64,000 bases of DNA from Eledone cirrhosa (taxonomy: Eukaryota): contig OZ024740.1 of the NCBI GenBank assembly GCA_964016885.1, positions 231,818,001-231,882,000 of the forward strand, in the 5' to 3' direction. The notes below the pieces were generated by a model. It made no database searches, was not told where the DNA came from, and was given only the letters and a program-made list of their open reading frames with translations. The translations under genes and the position numbers were made by a program. Every line of letters begins with the position of its first letter. Positions within the stretch are counted from its first letter, which is position 1. Shown here piece by piece: positions 54,972 to 64,000 of this stretch.

Positions 54972-55765
54972 TTTGCTCATACTCGATGGGACTAGGGTCA
55001 TCCTAGGTAAGTGATCCTACGCCAGCACCTCCGCATTCTCTAGGATGAAGTCGAGCTTCTGGAATTCTTCCTTAATCACATCCAGCCATCTGGTGCGGGG
55101 AATGTGGTGGGGCCCCTTCCAGCCCACAGCTGGTGCTTCGAACGAGAGTAAAGCCCTGGTAGGATGATTTGGTGGGAGGTAGAGGACATGTTTATACAAG
55201 CGTATGCAGTGGGTGGCTATGAGGCAGGAGGCTGTGGGCTGATGCCTGCGCGAACACAGCACTTATTTCAAAACCTAGTGGTATTATTTGATCTTTCGTT
55301 CGTATGTCCCCAGGGTTCTGCTATCGAAGCCGTCGATCCTCTTTGCAAGAATCTTCATGAGGGGTCACCTTTCTGCTCCATAAAGAAAACTGAGAGGACC
55401 GAAACATTGTAGATGCGGACCTTCGTCTTCCCCGGAGATAGAACTGTGTTACCAAAAGGGCTTCCATGGGGGGGGGGGGGTGCATGATCGCGGCAATCTG
55501 ACTACATCTGTGGTTTATCTCCGGCGTCAGGTCTCCTTTGTCGGTGACTATGGAGCCCAGGTAAATTAAGGAGGTGATAAACTCCACAACACCAATATGA
55601 AGAGGGGAGGATGAGGCTCATCACCGACAAGCATCAACTTGGTCTATGCCCAGCTCACTGAATAAGATGATGTCATCCGCGTACTCCAGGTGGGTAAGGT
55701 GGTAGTTTCTGAAGATACGCCAGAAACTCCCTCACAAACTTTGGTCATCAAGTTGAAAAGTTCGG
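54972..55765 (-). mobile_element. Degenerate RTE-clade LINE 3' portion
   Basis: LEYADDII, SLIYLGSIVTDKGDLTPEINHR and PRTRWLDVIKE motifs. Confidence 0.75.
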
Positions 55766-56081
55766 TGAGATTTAGTTATCATTCTAGGAAGACGACCAAT
55801 CATGTAGAATTTTCCATATTTATCGTATATCTGTTAGTAATACTCTCTGTAGATTTAATCTATCATATCCCCTTCCTTATAAATCCACAGTCTAGTGTGG
55901 TAAGAGGCCGTTGGAGGTCGCGTCAACATAGATGCCACTGCCTTTAGATCACAGTAGATTACTTCTTTTCAGTGACTAATTTATTCATGAATGACACAAC
56001 TTCCCATTTATCGCTCTCAGGTGTGATGCAGCCCAGTCCCCAGCTGATTAAGACATGTGATAGAAATAATTGATTATATTC

Positions 56082-56272
56082 ATAATTGTTTCTACTATTG
56101 GCACAAGGCCAGCAATTGTCGCATTGAATTACTGGTACTTTATTTTATCGACCTCGTAAGGATGAAAGGCAAAGTTAACCTCGGCGGGATTTGAACTCAG
56201 AATGGCAAGGGCCGTAACTCCATACGTCAAAGCATGGCGTCCGACTCTCTACCGATACTGCCAATCCACCAC
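56082..56272 (-). mobile_element. SINE family 1 copy
   Basis: Complete head, core and tail. Confidence 0.85.
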
Positions 56273-57097
56273 CCTAATTGATTATATTCATAATGTTTGT
56301 ACGTTTATACTTGCTTAGCCTCAGATCAACGCTGATCAAGCCGACCTATGATCAACAACTTTACAACCATAACCAGCTAGTAATTCCCCTTGAGTAGTTC
56401 ATTCAGATTCTTTCCCTCTTTCAAATTGTGCGGTTTAATATGAAAGTAATCTGACTGTTATATCGAGCGCAAGTTGACTGCAGGCAGAACGATAATATAG
56501 AGGCTCAATCGATATTCATACCTGCTTCAGGCATATGGAGAAACCACTAGAAAGCGAGATCGGATGAATTTAGATGCTGTGATAACTGCAATGAATCGAT
56601 ATCAGTGAAGTGTCAAAAGGTATTTTCTGAAAAGATTCGGCAGTATAGAAATCGTATAATTTTGGAAAAAAGAGGGGCTAATTCAAAGTTGTGACATTTG
56701 TAGTTTTCTAACGAACAATAAATAAATACATTTATAAAATGAAAGAGATAGAGAGTAGCTGAATATAATTTTTGTTTTTGGTTTAATTAAACAGGAAGCC
56801 ATTGTTGTATAGAGTTTAAAAGGTATGATTGGAATAAACCGATTATACGAATGTCACTTATGCTTGACCTGACTGCCTGAACATCAATCTCTGATAACCT
56901 TTCCTGGCCAATTTCACGCAAATACCAGAGGAAATTTGCGTAATAAATACATGGTTTCTACTTTAGGGTAAAAATATATTTCTAATATAACATTCTGTAA
57001 GGCTACCATTTGAACCATGGTAAATCGGTGACTAGAAAGTATTCCGTGGTGCTTTCTTTCTTTTAGAAGTCAAACACAAGCATATATTTCTTAATGA

Positions 57098-57271
57098 TAG
57101 TTTCTACTTTTGGCACAAGGCCAGCAATTATCCCAGTGCATTACTGGCATTCTATTTTATCGACCCTGTAAGGATGAAAGGCAAAGTTAACCACTGCGCG
57201 ATTTGAACTCAGACCGTAAAGGGGCGTAACTCTATGCTGCAAAGCATGACGTCCGACCCTCTACCGATACT
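57098..57271 (-). mobile_element. SINE family 1 copy
   Basis: Core and tail present; head slightly truncated. Confidence 0.85.
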
Positions 57272-57363
57272 AGAACTGCGAAACCGGTAAAGGAACCAAA
57301 TAAATATATATATTAAAAAAAAAAAAAAAGACTTCAGTTGCATTTTCGATTTCATCTCTTTTT

Positions 57364-57413
<50 letters not shown>

Positions 57414-57766
57414 GGAAAATAGTAAAATCGAATCTCTGGCGGTTTGCAAGTAAATTCGGCCTACTTATATGAAATGATGAGTTAGCAAAGCACTCGATAA
57501 GTTGGGGCCTTAGAGTAATAACATACGTTTAAATAGCTTGACAAATCGAACATTGTGGTAGGCGAATCTAACACACAATATATACCAAAGTAACGATAGA
57601 ACTACCAAGGACCGAAGTGATAAGCTATATGTTGCTGCTATATATGCTGCGTATCGTATCTATAGCTGTCACATGTTAATTCCGGCAAGGGAAATAACCC
57701 CCGGTTTTTGGCGGGACATTCAAAGTATATATATATATATATATATATATCCGATGATATGTATAT

Positions 57767-57848
57767 CCGATGAGTTTTTGATTCCAGAGTCGGGTCAGAA
57801 CGATACAGATCGAACTTTGAGCTGATCAATAGCGAAACGCGAGTCACC
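57767..57848 (+). ncRNA. Hammerhead-like motif with U4C core and long stem II (family B) in a solo pseudo-LTR
   Basis: CCGATGA GTTTTTGATT...GATCAATAGC GAAA CGCGAG TC ACC, followed by AATAAA. Confidence 0.6.
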
Positions 57849-57917
57849 AATCAATAAACGTAATGAAGGCTTAACGAATCGTCCTTGTATTATTATTATT
57901 ATTATTATCATTATTAT

Positions 57918-57976
<59 letters not shown>

Positions 57977-57987
57977 TAGTTTATGTG

Positions 57988-58023
<36 letters not shown>

Positions 58024-58227
58024 CTTTTATAATTTTTCACCTTATGTAGAGAACAAAACGTGCTGCTGGTTTTAGTGGCATTATCAACAAGTTTATAAGA
58101 AAACAGCTCTTACTTGCGACCTGATTTTGCGTGTGTGTCATTTTAACGGCCTGACTGCATGCGTTAGGGAGGAAGCGAAATATTGACTTACTGTGAGATT
58201 AGCAACCTTATAGTATGGAAATAAGCT

Positions 58228-58268
58228 GTCTGAAGATCTAATTCTTTCCATTGGAAACCGTCGGTAAC
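58228..58268 (+). ncRNA. Degenerate hammerhead-like motif (family F)
   Basis: GT CTGAAGA TCTAAT-TCTTTCC-ATTG GAAA CCGTCGG TA AC; stems I and II are weak. Confidence 0.4.
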
Positions 58269-58368
58269 TTCAATAGAACAGGTGATTATTTAAATCGTTT
58301 TTTAATTTATTTAGAGAATTGTTTGATAATTGCTTGCTCCGCTCATTTATATATATATATAAATAAAT

Positions 58369-60730
58369 TTGATTCCAGAGTCGGGTCAGAACGATACCGA
58401 TCGAACTTTTAGCTGATCAATAGCGAAACGCAAGTCACCTATCAATAAACGTAATGAAGGCTTAACGGGGAGTGCCTCGTTAAAAATATTGTTTACCGGT
58501 GTGATGTCACAGCCAGCAATAAGGAGGTGCGACATCCACTACGTTTAAGGAGCGCTGGTATAACCACAGAAGCTCCTTCAAACATAGACTGAAACGACCC
58601 CAAACCAGACTGGCCGATTTGATCTGGGACCTCAAGGACAGGAATATTGAACCCCAGATCTCGTGGTCAGTGCAAAGACGCGTGGCACAACTCCCCAGTG
58701 ACAGAAACCACTGCAGGTTATGCCTGGCTGAGGCGGCGAAAATAATTAAATTAAAATCCGCCTTAAACTATAGGTCGGACATAATTGTCAATTGCAGACA
58801 CACCAGGCTGAACACCTTTTCCGCACAAACAATTGGGGGAGGACCACGCACTAACCATGACCCACCATAATAATAACCACCTCTGCCCCGTCTCACCATC
58901 GCCTATCTCAGCGAATTTATTTTATTGTACTGCATGTAACCATTTCTAAGCCCGTATTTTGTATATCATGCCGCATACATCACCCCCACCAAAAATCACA
59001 TCGCCATACACCCCTCATCCTTGCAACATTGTGTTCGATCGGCTTTCTATGATAGGTTTTACCTTACAATCCATAGTAACATAGGATCTTAAAAATACAA
59101 TGTCGATCATATCACACCATCGCCACCACCACCACACCACACATCGTCATATGTCTACCATACACACCTACAACCTTATCCCCCCATGTTCCCTCTGTCT
59201 ACCCTAACCTACAACCCCACGCTAAATTCGACCCTGTAAATGTACTGTCGCACACACCACCACCGCCACCACTAGATACATCCACATACTTCAACAATCA
59301 TTAACATCATTAACATCATCAACACATATCATCCCTCACTCCCAGATCGACTGTATTATATCCCCCCCCCCGCCCCCGTCTGCCTTACCCTGTAACCCAC
59401 CGTAACTTCTGATCATGTAATCATTTTCTCGAACATATCACCCCAGCACCACCACCAACACCATGACCACAACACACACCGCCATACGTCCATAAACTCT
59501 TCTCCCCCGCGTTCCCTATGTCACCTTTTAACCGGTAACCCATCGCACCATTCGATCCTGTATATTTTTGTCGCCCACAACTTCACCACCACCACAAGAC
59601 ACAACTCCATACTTCATCAACACCGCCAACACATACCTCCCCTCCCGAATCAACGCAAGTGTGTGTGTCTGTGTAAGTATTTTTTACATATACGGGCGTA
59701 TAAATATGCGTGCGTGTACGCATATATATGTGTGCATATATATGTATATAGGTGAATCTGTGTATATGTGTGCGTATATGTGCATGTATGTGTATGTGTG
59801 TGGGTATGTGTGTCTTTGTATATGTGTGTATATATATGTGTGTGTATACGTGTGTGTGTGTGTATGTGTATGTTTATGTATACGTGTGTGTGCGTGTATG
59901 TGCGCATCTCCGTATGTGTGTATGAGTGTATGTATGTGTATGTATATATGTCTAACACCTCCATTGCCTCTCACCTTCCCTCCATCTTTGTCATTCGCCA
60001 CCACCACCGACACTCCCCCCACTCTCACTATATGTGTCCGCATGCGCGCATGCACATACATGTGTGTATATATCCATATGGCTGTATATGTTGGGCGAGG
60101 GTCTGCGTATGTGTTGTGTGTGTTTATACATCAATATATATGCGCATATATACATATGTATGTGTGTATATACATATATACAACGTATTTGTCAGACGAA
60201 GTGCGTCTAGCTATGTATCTCCGTAAAGACTCGACACCACTAACACATCCACCACACCACCACAAACGCCACTACCATAAACAACAACACCACAACCACA
60301 CCCCCACACACGACAACCCGTCTACCGACAACCCACTAACCTCATACCACAGCCCATCCCAGTAAGCGACCACATCCACCCCCACATACACCACAGGCCA
60401 AGGCCAACCCGCCACCACCACACCACAGCCCATCTCATCCACCGACCGTCACCAACATCATCCACCCCCACATACACTACAGGCCAGTACATCCCCTTAA
60501 TCCTTCCCACCAATCAAAACAACTCATTTTGTCAAACTCTTGAAACACTGACTTTACCACATAGCATGTATTTCATTTTCTTATAGCATTTTAAAAGGGT
60601 CCGTCGAGCCGCCGATTATTGAGTCGGGTAGGATCGATACAGATCGAACCTTGAGCTGATTAGTGGCGAAACGCGCGTTACCTATCAATAAATGCAATGA
60701 AGGAGTAATCAATCGTCCTTGTTATCCTTT
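58369..60730 (+). mobile_element. Penelope-like element: partial upstream pseudo-LTR, 5'-truncated GIY-YIG, long CA-rich 3' region and downstream pseudo-LTR
   Basis: 58468-58870 gives ECLVKNIVYRCDV...FKERWYNHRSSFKH...LADLIWDLKD...CRLCLAEA...LNYRSDIIVNCRH; family B repeats lie at 58369-58467 and 60598-60730. Confidence 0.8.
60598..60682 (+). ncRNA. Hammerhead-like motif with U4C (and A6U) core and long stem II (family B)
   Basis: GGT CCGTCGA GCCGCCGATT...GATTAGTGGC GAAA CGCGCG TT ACC. Confidence 0.55.
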
Positions 60731-61014
60731 CAATATATATAGATATATATATAAACGGGTAAAATGAAACAAAATTTCATTTCCCACTCTTAGTACGGCT
60801 GTTACTTAAATATAAGTATGTACACGTACATATATGTATACAGACGTACAGTAGTATGTATATATATATACATACATGCACACATATATATATGTACGTA
60901 TGGATTCACCGAACATTTATTATAATGCTCGGTGTGTTTGTAAACAAACATACTGTATTAAGCCGTAGTGTCCAGCAACCATCGTTGCTCGTTTGTTCAA
61001 CACTCACAAAGGAA

Positions 61015-61055
61015 CGCTGTACTAGTTTCAAGCTTATTAGCTATCGTCAGCAACG
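61015..61055 (-). ncRNA. Minimal type I hammerhead ribozyme with canonical core (family E)
   Basis: Minus strand: CGTTG CTGACGA TAGCT-AATA-AGCTT GAAA CTAG TA CAGCG. Confidence 0.85.
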
Positions 61056-61329
61056 TATACCTTCCTGCCAGATTGTTGAACGTATATACTTACCTTACGC
61101 ATATTAACGGCTGAGTAGCCCAATTTGCACATCGAGTGGGTTAATCGGCCGGGTGCACTGAAAACGGTAAACGTACTAAGAGTGGGAAATGAAATTGTGT
61201 TTCATTTTACCCGTTTATCGTTTTCGGTGCACCCGGCCGATTAACCCACTCGATATGCAAATTGGGCTACTCAGCCGTTAATATTCATAAGGTAAGACTA
61301 TACGTTCAACAATCTGGCAGGAAGGTATA

Positions 61330-61370
61330 CGTTACTGACGATAGCTAATAAGCTTGAAACTAGTACAGCG
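61330..61370 (+). ncRNA. Minimal type I hammerhead ribozyme (family E), one stem I mismatch
   Basis: CGTTA CTGACGA TAGCT-AATA-AGCTT GAAA CTAG TA CAGCG. Confidence 0.8.
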
Positions 61371-61555
61371 TTCCTTTGTGAGTGTTGAACAAACGAGCAA
61401 CGATGGTTGCTAGACACTACGGCTTAATACGGGATGTTTGTTTACAAACACACCGAGCATTATAATAAATGTTCGGGGAATCCATACGTACATATATATA
61501 TGAGGGAGGCAACACTTATTTTAGGCGAATGAATTCAGTTGTGTATATTATTGCA

Positions 61556-61599
<44 letters not shown>

Positions 61600-62000
61600 T
61601 GGTCAGACTTCGCAAACAAAGAGGGGGCCTGTTCACGTCTACTGCAGGTTCGTTGGTAGTTGCCCGGACCAATATAGGCCAAACAGACCCGGTCGCAGCG
61701 GCAGTAACTATAATGGTGAACGGGTGATGGTGAACGGGATACGTTTGATGGGATTTCTTTAAAGAGTGCTTGTTCCTTTTTCGTCAATCTGGTCACTAAA
61801 CTATTGGACTGTCGTTAACTCCGTTTTGCCGATGGTAATAGGTGAGAGAATTTATCCTCTTGCTGTGTGGGTTTGGAGAGAACCTCTGCCTTATTGAAGC
61901 TAACCTTCAGTCCGGAGAGGTCGGCAAATCACACAAAAAGAGGATGTTAAACACTGATTATGTATGGGCATGCGGGATGCTTAATGGGGAGAGCAGCTAC
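61600..62000 (-). mobile_element. Degenerate RTE(BovB)-like RT remnant
   Basis: FADLSGLKVSFNKAEVLSKPTQQED / PITIGKTELTTVQ resembles RTE FGL.ISLKKTEVL.QP....ITIG..EL..V..F. Confidence 0.5.
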
Positions 62001-62327
62001 GATATCTGGTGTGTGCCGTAATACTGTGTCGCTTGAAGCCAGCTCCCGCACCAGAGCAGATACGTTTCCTTATGATCAAGTTAAGCAGGCGGGTGGTAAA
62101 TGCTTTTTCTAGCAAATTCGGGACTCGCTAAGTGTCAAGCCTTCACGTCTCTTCTATGAACTCTGTATCGCGTGTTAATTTCTTCCTTCGCAGTCCACTA
62201 ACTGAGGGATCTCTTGATAAGTCTTATAACCTCACAACGATGGTGCACTTCTATAACGCATGAATGCTGCTATAACTGATGAAAAGATTGATATATTTCT
62301 CTCTATTATTTCCTCGCATATTTTATT

Positions 62328-62361
<34 letters not shown>

Positions 62362-62368
<7 letters not shown>

Positions 62369-62722
62369 TAAACGGAATAGAAAATGCTGACAAATTGTTC
62401 ACAGTTGAAAAATGGTTTAATTAGGAATAAAAAAGTATTAGTGATTGTATGGGTTAGTATTCAGTTGTGGTTTTTAGTTTTTAAGTTTTTACCGGTTGCG
62501 CATTTCTAAATGCTTTTCAGATCAGAGCAAACAGCACGGACACTCTATCTCAAAATTATTTTTGAAAAGCATTTAGAAATGCGCAACCGGTAAAAACTTA
62601 AAAACTTAAAACCACAACTGAATACTAACCCATACAATCACTAATACTCTTTTATTCCTAATTAAACCATTTTTCAACTGTGAACAATTTGTCAGCATTT
62701 TCTATTCCGTTTACCAATATAT
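62362..62722. repeat. Long near-perfect inverted repeat (arms about 155 bp, spacer about 43 bp), MITE/foldback-like
   Basis: 62365-62519 is the reverse complement of 62563-62717; flanked by (TA)n. Confidence 0.9.
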
Positions 62723-62752
62723 AATAACTTGTGTGTTACACCTCTATTCTTT

Positions 62753-62797
<45 letters not shown>

Positions 62798-63040
62798 TAA
62801 CGCACATACACAATTTCTCTCTCTGGCTGTGTATGTATGAATGGACGTATGCATATGTATACGTGCATACCAACCAAAATACATACATACATGCACACAC
62901 ATACACACATACATACATAAACATAATTTTACAGATAAACAATCTTCCAAATAGATTCTCTGACATTAACTCGACTCAAATAGCGAAATGTATGAAATAG
63001 GCCATGCACAAATTCTCCTCGCCCCTCCTCCTACTCCTCA

Positions 63041-63131
<91 letters not shown>
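63041..63131. repeat. (CTA)n microsatellite
   Basis: Seen directly. Confidence 0.95.
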
Positions 63132-63132
<1 letters not shown>

Positions 63133-63587
63133 TGCTTAATTAACAAATGAAATGAAAATGACATACAAGCACAGATGCCCAAATGAAGATACACATGCAA
63201 AGCCAAGCACACATTCTCTCACACACACATGCATATATAGTCATATTAATGCACACGTATAAGCGCTTGCACACACACACATACAAACACACATTCACAT
63301 CCACAGTATCTTGCACGCAGATATACACACATACATAATATACATACAAAGATCCAATTATATCGTATATTGTGTGTGTCAGGTTAATTCTCTCGTCCGG
63401 GGGATTAAGTATTTGTGGAATACTCAGGGCCTTACACGGTAATTTAACGAGCATATCGCTCCATTGATTGAACAACTGAAACACTCGTCGTCGAAACCGA
63501 CGTAGATCCCTTAAAATAAAGAAAAGACGGTGTCTTCGCTGGAACGTCTTTCACCATAGGTCTGTTAGATCTTGTAAACAAGAATAA

Positions 63588-64000
63588 CACCACCACCATC
63601 ACCACTACAGTCACACCATCACCACCAACACTACCATTACCACCATCATCATCACGACCACCATCACCACTATCATCATCACCATCACCACCATCACCAC
63701 CAACACCACCATCACCATCACTACCATCACCACCAACACCACCGCCACCATCACCACCATCACCACCACCACCATCATCACCACTACCATCACACCATCA
63801 CCGCTATCATTCATCACCATCAACACCATCACCATCACCACCACCATCGCCACCACCACCACTACCACTATCATCATCATCATTAAAACTACCACCACCA
63901 CCAACAACAACAACACCACCATCATCAGCATCATCAATATCATCGCCACCACCGTCACCACCATCACAACCACCACTATCATCATCATCATCATCAACAT
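63588..64000. repeat. Degenerate (CAC)n/(CAT)n repeat
   Basis: Seen directly. Confidence 0.9.

Larger units (their letters stand above)
60753..61498. mobile_element. Inverted PLE pseudo-LTR pair (arms 60889-61166 and 61218-61498) plus a short nested inversion (60753-60796 vs 61172-61216)
   Basis: The arms are near-perfect reverse complements and each carries a hammerhead. Confidence 0.85.

Noticed and set aside
59568-60365. 265-aa ORF rich in Cys, Val and Tyr
   Set aside because: It arises from TG/TA low-complexity sequence

Overview
This is AT-rich, microsatellite-dense eukaryotic DNA made almost entirely of transposon debris, and I cannot support any intact host gene. From recall of the SINE sequence and the repeat landscape it is probably a coleoid cephalopod such as Octopus, but I could not verify this. 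Non-LTR retrotransposons include R4/Dong-clade elements stacked in (TAA)n, two subfamilies of L1/Tx1-clade elements sitting in (ATT)n or in (TCTA)n/(TC)n, and RTE and CRE fragments. Also present are a SPIN/GTF2IRD2-like hAT transposase pseudogene, many copies of a tRNA-derived SINE, and three GIY-YIG tails of Penelope-like elements (PLEs). The least obvious signal is RNA-level: by eye I find about 14 type I hammerhead-ribozyme-like motifs in about 6 sequence families, two of them partial and one degenerate. They include minimal forms with a palindromic stem III, a U4A-core family, a U4C-core family with a long covarying stem II, and a retrozyme-like 1.2-kb unit made of two hammerhead-bearing direct repeats. 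The SINE also appears to share its 3' tail with the (ATT)n-associated Tx1 element. All folds and alignments were done by eye and coordinates are approximate.
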